64,000 nucleotides of DNA, from NCBI GenBank assembly GCA_963701295.1, contig OY969585.1, positions 3,264,001 through 3,328,000 of the forward strand, in the 5' to 3' direction. This document shows, piece by piece, positions 10,965 to 21,328 of the stretch (position 1 is the first letter of the stretch; every line of letters begins with the position of its first letter). This stretch comes from Ignavibacteriota bacterium. Lineage in GTDB: Bacteria > Bacteroidota > Ignavibacteria > UBA10030. Position numbers and translations under genes: made by a program. The notes below the pieces were generated by a model. It did not search any database. It was given only the letters and a program-made list of their open reading frames with translations, and was not told the origin of the DNA.

Positions 10965-13900
10965 TTAAGATTCAAGAGCCGGGAGATAGATTTTAAATTC
11001 CGTTCCTTGATCTACAACACTATGAACAGTAATGAAACCGGAATGACTTTTAATAATACCAAGCGCAATGGAAAGACCAAGACCGGTGCCGTTACCATTT
11101 GTCTTTGTCGTAAAAAATGGCTCAAATATTCTTTCGATATAGTCTTCAGAAATGCCAAAACCATTATCACGAATATTCACTAGTTGATATTTTCCTATCT
11201 GAGCTTCCGGATATCGATCGAGGGAATTCTCGTCGATATTAATTTTATCGATCCCAATGGTTATAATTCCACCATTTGGTATGGCATCACGTGCGTTGAC
11301 GACAATATTCAGAAATACTTGTTTTAATTGATTTGCATCACCGAGTACAATATAGTTCCTGCCTTTAGTCAGTTTCTCTATACTGATCGTGTCAGGAAGT
11401 GATTGTCGTACAATCGTAAGGATCGATTCGAGCAAATCTGATAGTTCAACTTTTACTCTTTCACCAGGAATCCCGTGTCCATAGGTAATGATATTTCTGA
11501 TAAGATCGAGACCACTCCGGGCACTTTCTTCAACGGCACCAAGAACTTTCAAGCTTGGACCATCGGTCAGTTTTTCCCGCAGGAGACCAATAGACATTGA
11601 GACGGGAGCAAGAACATTTTGGAGATCGTGGGCAATTCCACCTGTTAACAAAGCGATACTCTCCATTCTTTGCGCACGAAGTAACTGTATCTCCTGACGT
11701 TTCTTCTCCGTGATATCCGTGTTGACAATCAAGATTATCTTCTTGTTGGTTGATACACTCTCCACCTTCTTCCACATGCTTTGGATAAGCAGTTCCTTTC
11801 CCTCTTTGTTCACATGATACTGTTCTCCACTCCACTCGTTGAATTGAAGCATATCTTCCATTGCTAATTCATAATCCTTTGAATGTGCAGCATCAAAGAT
11901 GAGATCTCGAATAAAAGAACCGACAGCCTGTTTTCTCCCCCAACCATAAATGAGTTCTGCTCCATTGTTCCAGAATGTGATCCGTCCTTCAAAATCCATA
12001 ACCATAATGGCATCTTGCGCCTCATCCAAAAGCATTGCTTGTTCTAAAATTTTTTCTTGCGATACTTTCCGCTCAGTAATATCGACGACCACTCCATGGG
12101 CGAAGTGCTCTTCACCGATCATTTTTGCTGAGAAGAGAATCCATAATTCTATTCCATCGAGCCGGGTTGTTCTGATTTCATATTCCTGTATGAGATCGCT
12201 GCTCAGAAGTGAATGCTGAATATCTTGAATGCTTCGTGGTGGCAATGCCGAGAAACAACGCGCCAATTCCAGTTCGGATGCACATCTGAATATTTGTTTC
12301 ATCGCTTTATTTGAATCAAGAACATCCCATGTTTCTAACGAAAACTTCACTATTCCTGCAAGTGAGTTTTCGAATAAACTGCGGAACTTCCTTTCGCTTT
12401 TGGCAAGTTTTTCTAACTCACGCTGTTTGGCGACCATTTCTCGCCACTTGTAGATCCAGAAAGCACAACCAGCAATTATGGCTAACAGGATCATTCTAAA
12501 CCAGATAGTTTGCCAAAACGGGGGCGTGATGGTAACACGTATCGAAGTCCCCTCTTCATTCCAGACACCATCGCTATTTGATCCCTTCACCCGAAAAACG
12601 TACTCCCCGCTGCTCAGATTCGTGTACGTCGCAATCCGCCTGTCCGCATCCGTATGATTCCACTCCTCGTCAAATCCTTCCATCATATAAGCATATTGGT
12701 TGTTGTCGGGAGAGGCAAAATGAAGAGAAGCAAACTCAAAGAGAAAGACATTTTCTTTGTATGATAATTTTATTTCTTTGGTTTCTGTGATTGTTTTTTC
12801 TAATATCAAATGTCCGTCGATTCTGTTTCCTACAAGAACGGATTTATTGAATATCTGAAAATCTGTGATCACAATGGGAGGTATATATGGATTGCTTTTA
12901 ATACTGTCAGGATAAAAAACGTTAAATCCATTTATCCCACCAAAGTACAGCTTACCGCTTTGACTTTTGAAACAAGCATTCACACTGAATTCATTATTTT
13001 GAAGTCCGTTGCTTACTGTGAAGTTCCTCGTTCTTTTTGTACTGGGAGTAAATCTTGAGAGTCCATTTTGAGTTCCAAGCCATAGATTGCCATCATCATC
13101 TTCTAACATCGATTGAATTGTATTGCTTGGAAGTCCATCGGTTTTTCGGTAATGAGAAAAAAGCTTGTGAGCCCGATCAAATTTATTAAGGCCATCGGTA
13201 GTCCCTATCCAGAGCACTCCCGATCTATCTTCATGAAGACATAATATTTTATTGCTGGTTAAACTGTTTGGATCATTGGGATCAACTTTGTAATGGATAA
13301 ACTGATTTTTTTCTCTGTCAAATTGATTGAGGCCGCCGTTTGCCGTTCCAATCCATAACGTGCCATTTTTATCCTCACAAATCGACCAGATAAAATTATC
13401 ACTAATGCTATTCGGATTTTCAGGATCCGCTACGTAACGCGTAAATCCATTTTTCTTACGATCAAACAGATTGAGACCTCCCCCGTATGTTCCAATCCAG
13501 ATAAATCCAAACCTATCTTCGCATATAGAAAAAACAGTACTATTGCTCAAACTATTTGGATTATTGAGATCGGTGGTGTAACAAATAAACTTTCCTTTTT
13601 TTCGATCGAATTGACTGAGTCCGGTATTCGTTCCAATCCATAGCGTACCCGTTCGATCTTCAAGAAGAGCCCTGACGTGATTATCATTGATACTATTAGA
13701 ATTCTTTGGATCAGACTGAAAATGCGTGAAGAGATTTTTCCGACTATTATATTTATTCAGCCCTCCTCCCTCTGTAGCAATCCAAAGTATCTTTTCTCCT
13801 CCATCGTTGGTTTCATAAATTGAGGAGACAAGGTTGCTACTTAAGCTGTTGGAATTATTTGGTTTCTTTCTAAAATGCTCGAACTTTGTTGTTCCCCTAT

Positions 13901-14969
13901 CAAATTTATTGATGCCGCCATAATCGTTACCGACCCACAGTATACCTGACCGGTCCTCATAAATGCATAAAATTGTATTGTTGCTCAAACTAAAAGGGTC
14001 ATTGGGACTGTTTTTGTAACGGATAAACCGACCCGTTTTTCGATCAAATCGATTTAAGCCATCCTCCGTCCCTACCCAGAGAGAACCTGATCGGTCCTCG
14101 AAAATTGCTCGAACTCTATCGTCACTCAAACTAAACGGGCCATCGGACCTGTTTCTGAAATGAACAAACTGCTCTTTTTCTTTATCAAATCGATCAAGGC
14201 CGCCTCCAAAAATTCCAATCCAGAGAACCCCATACTGATCTTCATAAATTCTATACGTACCGTTTCCAATCAGACTATGTGGATTACCAGGATCGTGCTC
14301 GTAATGAATAAAACGATTTTTCTGACGATCAAATTTATTTAATCCGCCATTCGTTGCAACCCAAAGAGTCCCCGATCTATCGATATAAACGCAAGTAACC
14401 AAATTATTACTGATGCAATAAGAATCTTTGGGATTATATTGGTATCGAGTGAATTGCTTTTTCTCACGATCAAATCGATTGAGCCCCCCTGTAAATGTTC
14501 CTATCCAGAGTATACCTGATGTGTCTTCACATATCCATTGGACCATATTGGAGCTCAGACTGTTAGGATCATTCGGATCATATTGATAGTGAACAAACCT
14601 TTCTTTTTCCCGATCAAATTGATTCAATCCGCCGTCTGTGCCTATCCATAGAATTCCACTTCGATCTTCATAAATAAATCGAACTGTATTATTACTTAAG
14701 CTATAGGGATCACCGATTTCAGATTTGTAAACTTTAACTTTGTACCCATCAAACCTGTGCAGCCCATCATACGTACCAAACCACATAAATCCTTTACTAT
14801 CTTGCGATATACAAAGCACCGATTTCTGTGAAAGGCCCTCGTACCAATGTTCAAATTTGATATCATCCTTTTCGGAATAAAGATTGGCTGATAGTATGAC
14901 GATAATCATTAATAATTGAATGAATATTTTCATTCTTTCACTCCTGATTTTGAGTGCTGTTTTGATCAT
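10965..14969 (-). CDS. Sensor kinase with periplasmic Reg_prop beta-propellers, Y_Y_Y, TM, 2 PAS, HisKA, HATPase (no REC)
   Basis: Many SLSNN-V--I-ED-SG-LWIGT-GGLN-FD repeats; Y_Y_Y (YTNLSSGEYVFRVKGSN), PPFWQT TM, IAHDLQN. Likely start ATG 14933 after AGGAG. Confidence 0.92.
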   Translation of the reverse strand: MIKTALKIRSERMKIFIQLLMIIVILSANLYSEKDDIKFEHWYEGLSQKSVLCISQDSKGFMWFGTYDGLHRFDGYKVKVYKSEIGDPYSLSNNTVRFIYEDRSGILWIGTDGGLNQFDREKERFVHYQYDPNDPNSLSSNMVQWICEDTSGILWIGTFTGGLNRFDREKKQFTRYQYNPKDSYCISNNLVTCVYIDRSGTLWVATNGGLNKFDRQKNRFIHYEHDPGNPHSLIGNGTYRIYEDQYGVLWIGIFGGGLDRFDKEKEQFVHFRNRSDGPFSLSDDRVRAIFEDRSGSLWVGTEDGLNRFDRKTGRFIRYKNSPNDPFSLSNNTILCIYEDRSGILWVGNDYGGINKFDRGTTKFEHFRKKPNNSNSLSSNLVSSIYETNDGGEKILWIATEGGGLNKYNSRKNLFTHFQSDPKNSNSINDNHVRALLEDRTGTLWIGTNTGLSQFDRKKGKFICYTTDLNNPNSLSNSTVFSICEDRFGFIWIGTYGGGLNLFDRKKNGFTRYVADPENPNSISDNFIWSICEDKNGTLWIGTANGGLNQFDREKNQFIHYKVDPNDPNSLTSNKILCLHEDRSGVLWIGTTDGLNKFDRAHKLFSHYRKTDGLPSNTIQSMLEDDDGNLWLGTQNGLSRFTPSTKRTRNFTVSNGLQNNEFSVNACFKSQSGKLYFGGINGFNVFYPDSIKSNPYIPPIVITDFQIFNKSVLVGNRIDGHLILEKTITETKEIKLSYKENVFLFEFASLHFASPDNNQYAYMMEGFDEEWNHTDADRRIATYTNLSSGEYVFRVKGSNSDGVWNEEGTSIRVTITPPFWQTIWFRMILLAIIAGCAFWIYKWREMVAKQRELEKLAKSERKFRSLFENSLAGIVKFSLETWDVLDSNKAMKQIFRCASELELARCFSALPPRSIQDIQHSLLSSDLIQEYEIRTTRLDGIELWILFSAKMIGEEHFAHGVVVDITERKVSQEKILEQAMLLDEAQDAIMVMDFEGRITFWNNGAELIYGWGRKQAVGSFIRDLIFDAAHSKDYELAMEDMLQFNEWSGEQYHVNKEGKELLIQSMWKKVESVSTNKKIILIVNTDITEKKRQEIQLLRAQRMESIALLTGGIAHDLQNVLAPVSMSIGLLREKLTDGPSLKVLGAVEESARSGLDLIRNIITYGHGIPGERVKVELSDLLESILTIVRQSLPDTISIEKLTKGRNYIVLGDANQLKQVFLNIVVNARDAIPNGGIITIGIDKINIDENSLDRYPEAQIGKYQLVNIRDNGFGISEDYIERIFEPFFTTKTNGNGTGLGLSIALGIIKSHSGFITVHSVVDQGTEFKIYLPALES

Positions 14970-15309
14970 AAGGATCAGTGTACAAAACCTAGAAACACAG
15001 CACTATCCATAAGACTACTCTAAGAGACTCTATCTTGGCATGATATAAAGTCCAAACCAATGTCTACAGAAAATCGCACCTATGCTGAAGCGCTTCTTCT
15101 ATGCACCTAGGATAAATGCATCGCTGAAACCGGATTGATACACAAGAAAAGGATATCAACTTTTGCATAACTATAGTGCGCAAACCCAATTCTGTTTGTT
15201 TCTTCTTTACCGAGAGAAAATGCTTCTCGATATAAAAGCCGATTACAATGACGCACAGAATATTATTGGTATACTAATAATTTGTTGATTAAAGGTACTT
15301 TATATCCTT

Positions 15310-15677
15310 GGCGAATACAAGTGTGAGATGCAACAGGTGAATGATTTTGTGAATTAGTAAAATATTCTCATGGTGATCCAAAATCTAAAGCGTTTCTTGG
15401 TAGAGTGTTAAGACGCCATTAAATAAAGACAACATCATCATTCAAGGTTGTTGCAAGGTCAGTTGACTTTGGAAAACATTTTCTGATCAGTCCATTTACG
15501 TTTTCATTGAGTCCATGCTTTCAGCTCCCATACGGATGTCAAAGAAAAGACCAAGTGTCACGAAGGGTAAAATGCTCCATCTGGTGACTCCATATTTGTG
15601 ACAATTTGGGGTAAGAGATAAGTGCTTTATCCTGTTTTATGTCCATTAAAACGTTGCATCTCCTTATTGAACTTAAG
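15310..15677 (-). mobile_element. Internally deleted, degenerate IS30-family element (MITE-like)
   Basis: Imperfect terminal IRs sharing GTTGCATCTC-N4-TTG (15310-15335 and 15652-15677). GGAG + ATG 15580 gives MEHFTLRD, joined in frame to HPYGS*KHGLNENVNGLIRKCFPKSTDL...RLNTLPRNALDFGSP*, the IS30 transposase C-terminal signature with stops. Confidence 0.8.
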
Positions 15678-15718
15678 CATCATAAAATATCATACCGAAG
15701 ACCTGGTATTCATGTACA

Positions 15719-15750
15719 TAAAAAAGGGTTGAGCTTCCGCCCAACCCTTT
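15719..15750 (-). terminator. Rho-independent terminator of sod
   Basis: Minus strand AAAGGGTTGGGC-GGAA-GCTCAACCCTTT followed by T run, about 30 nt after the stop. Confidence 0.85.
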
Positions 15751-15780
15751 GCCATCTACCTTTTACCCTTTACATTCTCC

Positions 15781-16413
15781 TCACCTTCCAGCAACAAACT
15801 TCTTATACCGATCATTGATCCTTCCCCAATGCAAATTTGCAAGAAAGTTGTCGATGTACTTCGCACGGGCAGGCCCATCTTTATGATAATATGCATGCTC
15901 AAACACATCAAGTGCAATCAACGGCACACCGCCCCAGATTGCTCCGTATTGATGTTCGTCTACCGTTACGTTCAGTAATCTCCCTGAATAAAGCCGATCA
16001 AACACAAGCAATCCCCAGCCGCTTAACTTTGCCGATACCGCAGATGCTTTGAAATCTGCTTTCCATATATCGAATGAACCGAATTCTTTTTCAATAGCCG
16101 CTTTGATTTCTGGCCCTTTGCCCGGATCGCCATCGCCGCCAAGCACTTCCCAGTATAAATCATGTAGAAGTGCACCGGAGTGGTTCCATGTAAAACGGCG
16201 CTTCAACTCACCGATCTGACTAAAGTTGCCATTTGCCATTGTACGGTCGGCGGTCTCGAGAGCTTTTTCGATAGTATTTAGCGCAGTCACATATCCTTTA
16301 TGATGTGTATTATAATGCCAATCTGTCGTCTCAGGGCTAACAACATTTGCCAGCAGCTTTTTCGCTTCATCGTCCGAATAAGGACGGGTTTTAAACTTCC
16401 ATTCGTATGCCAT
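15781..16413 (-). CDS. sod: Fe/Mn superoxide dismutase
   Basis: HYNTHHKGYV, LLHDLYW, FGSF, SGW, DVFEHAYY metal-ligand motifs. Confidence 0.93.
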   Translation of the reverse strand: MAYEWKFKTRPYSDDEAKKLLANVVSPETTDWHYNTHHKGYVTALNTIEKALETADRTMANGNFSQIGELKRRFTWNHSGALLHDLYWEVLGGDGDPGKGPEIKAAIEKEFGSFDIWKADFKASAVSAKLSGWGLLVFDRLYSGRLLNVTVDEHQYGAIWGGVPLIALDVFEHAYYHKDGPARAKYIDNFLANLHWGRINDRYKKFVAGR

Positions 16414-16627
16414 ACTCTATTCCTCTTTCTCTAAATGTCTTATCAGTTCAGTTTCAATTCAAAGTATAGAACCATAGAAACATTAAAAGAGTTCCAGTTA
16501 AAATTTAAGATGTAAACAAAAACCGAACAAGCCCCCAACATTCAATTCTTGACTTCTTAAAATTTATTTGTCGATTGTATTTTTGAGATTTAGAATTTCT
16601 TTATAGCGCTTTTAATAATCTGCTGAA

Positions 16628-17023
16628 TCATCCCATATTCAATGTCAGCTTTGCTGCCTCTGACATCATTTCCGGATTCCAAATAGGATCAAAGACAAGC
16701 TCGACAAGCACATTGGTCACACCAGGAATTTGCTGCACGCGTCGCTTCACATCGGCCGCTATCATCGGTCCCATTCCGCAGCCGGGAGCGGTGAGTGTCA
16801 TTTGAATATAAATATTTGCTTCGCCAAGAGTTTCTTCTTCCACTTTTACTTCGTACACAAGTCCAAGGTCGACAATGTTCACCGGAATTTCGGGATCGTA
16901 GCATTCCTTCAATGTTTGCCATATACGTTCACTAGTGACAATACGCATCGGCGCCATTATCACTGTGTCCTTCATTCCATCCATGGTTATGGGCGATTCG
17001 TTTTTTTCATTCGCAATCATCAC
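16628..17023 (-). CDS. sufT: SufT / DUF59 Fe-S maturation protein
   Basis: YDPEIPVNIVDLGLVY, MTLTAPGCGMG, FDPIWNPEMMSE; located in SUF operon. Confidence 0.88.
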   Translation of the reverse strand: MMIANEKNESPITMDGMKDTVIMAPMRIVTSERIWQTLKECYDPEIPVNIVDLGLVYEVKVEEETLGEANIYIQMTLTAPGCGMGPMIAADVKRRVQQIPGVTNVLVELVFDPIWNPEMMSEAAKLTLNMG

Positions 17024-17029
17024 AACACC

Positions 17030-17432
17030 TTATTCATGATCACCGCAACTGCCGTCGCCGCATTCGCCATCACCGCATCCACATGACGGTGCCTTATTGG
17101 GATTATTGAATTTAAATCCTTTTCCCTGCGGACTATTAACATATTCCATTGTAGTCCCGGAAAGGCCTTCCAGACTTTCCTCAGTAATATATATTAAAAC
17201 ACCTTCGCTTTGAAAGACCTTATCTGTTGCTTCTATTTTTTCGTCAAATGCAAGCAAGTACCGAAGATCCGCAGCAACCGCCGCTTTGAATTCCTATCCG
17301 TAATCCATGCGTTTCAGGCACTTGATTTTCTCGACGGATGAGCCGAATTTGTTCTGCCGCTTCCGGGGTAAGTGTAATCTCCTGTGTGGTACCCTGTTCT
17401 TCTTGTGTTTCCTGCGCATCCATAACCGTCAT
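17030..17432 (-). pseudogene. A-type Fe-S carrier (IscA/SufA/HesB), +1 frameshift at 17261-17262 (probably sequencing error)
   Basis: ITLTPEAA...LRIGIQSGGCCGSS continues in another frame as YLLAFDE...GFKFNNPN...SCGCG; removing one G from TCGGTAC restores the frame. Confidence 0.85.
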
Positions 17433-17461
17433 CCTTTTGTTTGTGTCTTCTTGAATAACAT

Positions 17462-17914
17462 TTATTCTGTTGATACAGTTTCCTTCTTTTTTTCAATGGC
17501 ATTTTTCATTGTATGCCAGGGAAGAATAGCGCACTTCACTCGCGCAGGAAATTCACTAACACCGGAAAATGCCGCCAGCTTTCCTAATTCATCGATACCT
17601 GTTTCACCATTCATCTCGCCACGCACAAGATGATGAAACTTTTCAAACAACACCCCCGCTTCGGTTCGCGTTTTTCCTTTTAATACCATGCTCATTACAG
17701 AGGCAGATGCTTTTGAAATCGCACATCCAGATCCTTGAAAAGCAATTTCAGCAATGACTTCTCCATTCATTTTGAGAAAGACCGTATAATGGTCTCCACA
17801 TAATGGATTGTACCCTTCCACCGAACAATCAGCAGCTTCCAGCTTCTTGAAGTTGCGTGGATTCTTGTTATGATCGAGAATGACTTCCTGATATAACGCT
17901 TTGAGATCAGACAT
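17462..17914 (-). CDS. sufU: SUF scaffold / sulfur-transfer protein SufU
   Basis: LYQEVILDH, NPLCGD, GSGCAISKASAS, PARVKCA. Confidence 0.93.
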   Translation of the reverse strand: MSDLKALYQEVILDHNKNPRNFKKLEAADCSVEGYNPLCGDHYTVFLKMNGEVIAEIAFQGSGCAISKASASVMSMVLKGKTRTEAGVLFEKFHHLVRGEMNGETGIDELGKLAAFSGVSEFPARVKCAILPWHTMKNAIEKKKETVSTE

Positions 17915-19169
17915 ACTCAAAAACCTCTTTCACTTTTTGTATGCCGCGAACCAGTACCCGCACTTCTTCCCGCGTATTATAGAATGCAAACGATGCACGT
18001 GCTGTTGCCGGAATTCCAAACCGCTGCATCACCGGCTGCGCACAATGATGTCCTGTTCGAATCGCGATCCCTTCGCGATCAAGAATGGTTCCGATGTCGT
18101 GCGGATGAATTCCTTCCAATACGAAGGATATTACACCTGCCTTTTCTCTTGCTGTTCCAATAATTGTTAATCCGTCAATTGTAGAAATTTCTTCTTCTGC
18201 AAATCGTAGAAGTGCTTGTTCGTATTCCTGAATACGGTTCCAATCGAATAACTTTAAATAATCAATCGCCGCCCCCAACCCTATGGCACCTTCAATGTGC
18301 GGAGTACCCGCTTCAAATTTATAGGGGATATTATTGAAGATCGTCTTCTCGAACGTGACAGATTTTATCATATCACCGCCACCTTGATACGGAGGCATGG
18401 ATTCAAGAAGCTGTGTTTTTCCATACAATATTCCTATGCCTGTTGGGCCAAACATCTTGTGAGATGAGAAGACATAGAAATCAGCATCAAGATCGCGGAC
18501 ATCCACACGAAGGTGCGGAACAGCTTGTGCACCATCAATGAGCACGGGGACACCTTTCCGGTGTGCCATCTCGATCATTTGCTTTACAGGATTGACAGTG
18601 CCGAGTGCATTCGATACATGACTGATGGCTGTTATCTTCGTCTTTCCGGATAACAGGCGATTGAATTCGTCCAGAAGAATTTCGCCATTATTATCTATCG
18701 GTACAACGCGAAGATGCGCGCCCTTCTCTTCACAGATCATCTGCCATGGAACAATATTCGAATGATGCTCAAGTCCTGTAATCAACACTTCATCACCTGA
18801 CTTTAATTTTTCTTTCCCAAATGTCGCCGCAACAAGATTGATTGCTTCTGTAGCTCCACGAACAAAAATAATCTCTCGTTCGGAACCTGCATTCAAAAAA
18901 ATTTGAGCATTCACACGTGCAGCCTCGTACTTCTGTGTTGCCAACTCGCTCAGATAATGAACGCCGCGGTGAACATTCGAATGTTCTGTCGTATAGTAAT
19001 GTTGAATAGCCTCTATGACAGAAATCGGTTTTTGCGTAGATGCGGCATTATCAAGATAGATCAACGGTTTTCCATGAACTCCCAAAGCGAGGATGGGAAA
19101 ATCACGGCGAATCTTTTCGACAGGAAAAGTGTTAAGGATAGATTCAGTTATAATCGTTGAATTATTCAT
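17907..19169 (-). CDS. sufS: Cysteine desulfurase SufS
   Basis: YLDNAAS, EHHSN, DGAQ, SSHKMFGPTG, RTGHHCAQP; start ATG 19169 by ATGA overlap with sufD. Confidence 0.96.
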   Translation of the reverse strand: MNNSTIITESILNTFPVEKIRRDFPILALGVHGKPLIYLDNAASTQKPISVIEAIQHYYTTEHSNVHRGVHYLSELATQKYEAARVNAQIFLNAGSEREIIFVRGATEAINLVAATFGKEKLKSGDEVLITGLEHHSNIVPWQMICEEKGAHLRVVPIDNNGEILLDEFNRLLSGKTKITAISHVSNALGTVNPVKQMIEMAHRKGVPVLIDGAQAVPHLRVDVRDLDADFYVFSSHKMFGPTGIGILYGKTQLLESMPPYQGGGDMIKSVTFEKTIFNNIPYKFEAGTPHIEGAIGLGAAIDYLKLFDWNRIQEYEQALLRFAEEEISTIDGLTIIGTAREKAGVISFVLEGIHPHDIGTILDREGIAIRTGHHCAQPVMQRFGIPATARASFAFYNTREEVRVLVRGIQKVKEVFEYV

Positions 19170-20506
19170 TCCTCTAAAAGCCCTGTTTGTCTGACATCCA
19201 GTCTGTCGTGAATCATACTCTCTATTTGTTGGCATAACGGTTCGATGGTAATCCGGTTGATTACATCGCCTGCAAAAGCGAACGTGAGGATATCGCGTGC
19301 CGCCGCTAGATCAATTCCACGTGAACGAAGATAGAACAACTGCTCGTCGTCCAATTGACCGATGGCAGCACCATGTGTGCATTTCACATCATCTGCAAAA
19401 ATTTCTAATTGCGGTTTTGTATTAATTGTCGCACCATCGGAAAGCAGAAGCGTTTTGTTTGTCTGCTTTGCGTCAGTCTTCTGCGCATCTTTTCTTACAC
19501 ATATTTTTCCGTTAAACACTCCCTTCGACCCTCCATCGAGAATAGCTTTGTAGAGTTCATGACTATCGCAGTGAGGTTTTGCATGATCGATAGCAGTGTG
19601 ATTGTCAATGACCTGTGTACCGGTGCTCAAGGTCAATCCGTTGAGCGTACACTCAGAACCTTCCGCATCAAACACAGCGATGATGTTGTTTCGTACGAGA
19701 GAGCCGCCAAGCGAAATCGCATTCGATGTGAAGGTACTTGCCTCATTCATCTGGAGCCGAGTGGTTCCAATATGAAACGCATTCATATTTTCAATTTGAA
19801 GCTTATCATGTTCAAGACGAGCATTCTCTTCGAGCACTATCTCTGTAACCGTGTTCGTGAGATAGGTATTTTGAGCAAGCCCAACATATGTCTCAACGAC
19901 CTTACATTGGCTTTTGGCTCCAACAACAATGAGATTCCGAGGTTGTGCAGTATATGGTTGCTCATAATTGGACGCAATAAAAAGGAATTGTATTGGTCGA
20001 TCGATCACTATTTCATCCGGGATCAAAATAAAACCACCATCCCACATGAATGCAGTATTGAGCGCTGTGAAAGCACTCTCCTCACCCTTTACCAAACGGG
20101 CAATATATGGTTGAACTTCCTCCGGATATTTCTTCAATGTATCAGCTAAACTTCCAACCACTACTCCTTGAGGGAGTATTCCAATATCCGAAAGTTCCGA
20201 TGAAAACATTCCATTGATGAACACTGTTTGAACTGCTCCATTAACAAGATGTTTTCCGATATCGTTTCGTGTTATTCCATATAATTCAAATTGAAGAATT
20301 GGTTGAAACTCAATCTTTGTGATCGGAGAAATATTGGTGAATCGCCATTCTTCTTGCCGTGTTGTCGGGAAACCATTTTTGGAAAATCGACGAATAGCGT
20401 CGCGTCGCAATGTGTGCACGGGCGTTGACTTCTCACCATTCAAACTTTGTTCGAACGCTTCAAATCTCAATAGATACCATTGTATATTCTTGTCGGCAGA
20501 TTGCAT
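19166..20506 (-). CDS. sufD: Fe-S assembly protein SufD
   Basis: EEWRFT, KPQLEIFADDVKCTHGA, FYLRSRGI. Confidence 0.95.
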   Translation of the reverse strand: MQSADKNIQWYLLRFEAFEQSLNGEKSTPVHTLRRDAIRRFSKNGFPTTRQEEWRFTNISPITKIEFQPILQFELYGITRNDIGKHLVNGAVQTVFINGMFSSELSDIGILPQGVVVGSLADTLKKYPEEVQPYIARLVKGEESAFTALNTAFMWDGGFILIPDEIVIDRPIQFLFIASNYEQPYTAQPRNLIVVGAKSQCKVVETYVGLAQNTYLTNTVTEIVLEENARLEHDKLQIENMNAFHIGTTRLQMNEASTFTSNAISLGGSLVRNNIIAVFDAEGSECTLNGLTLSTGTQVIDNHTAIDHAKPHCDSHELYKAILDGGSKGVFNGKICVRKDAQKTDAKQTNKTLLLSDGATINTKPQLEIFADDVKCTHGAAIGQLDDEQLFYLRSRGIDLAAARDILTFAFAGDVINRITIEPLCQQIESMIHDRLDVRQTGLLEE

Positions 20507-20526
20507 GTTCTTTGATTCTCTTTCAA

Positions 20527-21292
20527 CTATATAACTTGCTCAACTTCTTCACGAACCCAGTCATATCCGAGTTCTTCAAGTTTGATTGCAAGTTCTTTTC
20601 CGCCTGATTTCACAATTTTACCATCGACCAGAACGTGTACATAATCCGGCACAATATAATTGAGCAGCCGCTGATAGTGCGTTACTATAATTGTTGCATT
20701 CTCTTTCGAACGAAGTTTGTTGACGCCTTCCGATACGGTTTTCAATGCATCAATATCCAGACCAGAATCCGTTTCATCCAGGATCGACAGCCTCGGTTCC
20801 AGTACCTGCCATATGAAATATTTCATTACGCTTCTTCTCACCTCCCGAGAATCCTTCATTCACAGGACGGTTTAGAAAGCTTTCATTCATTTCTACTAAT
20901 TTCGTTTTTTGCTTGAGAAGCGATAGGAAATCTATTGCATCAAGTTCTTCCAAACCCTTGTGTTTTCTGATTGCATTAAGCGCCGCTTTAAGGAAATACG
21001 AGTTGTTCACACCTGGAATTTCTACAGGATATTGAAATGCCAAGAATAATCCCTCTCGCGCTCTTTCTTCCGGATCCATTTCTAACAAATCTTTTCCTTG
21101 ATAGAGGGCTTGTCCTTCAGTAACGATATAGGCTTCTCGTCCTACGAGTACTCCAGCAAGAGTACTTTTTCCAGAACCATTAGGCCCCATGATCGCATGG
21201 ACTTCACCGATATTTACTTGAAGATTGATCCCATGGAGAATTTCGTTTCCGTTCACACTCGCATGCAAATTTATTACTTCTAACAAACTCAT
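20527..21292 (-). pseudogene. sufC: Fe-S assembly ATPase SufC, +1 frameshift at 20805-20806 (probably sequencing error)
   Basis: [29 protein letters not shown], then other frame [17 protein letters not shown]...THYQRLL; removing one G from GCAGGTAC restores the frame. Confidence 0.92.
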
Positions 21293-21328
21293 TTTATCTA
21301 TCCTTATTCATAAATATATAATAACTTT

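Noticed and set aside
13000-14800. Regularly spaced repeats resembling a CRISPR array
   Set aside because: They are in-frame protein-level beta-propeller repeats with synonymous variation; no cas genes or CRISPR array were seen in the window.
20795-20815. Programmed ribosomal frameshift in sufC
   Set aside because: No slippery heptamer or stimulatory structure; a single extra base explains it.
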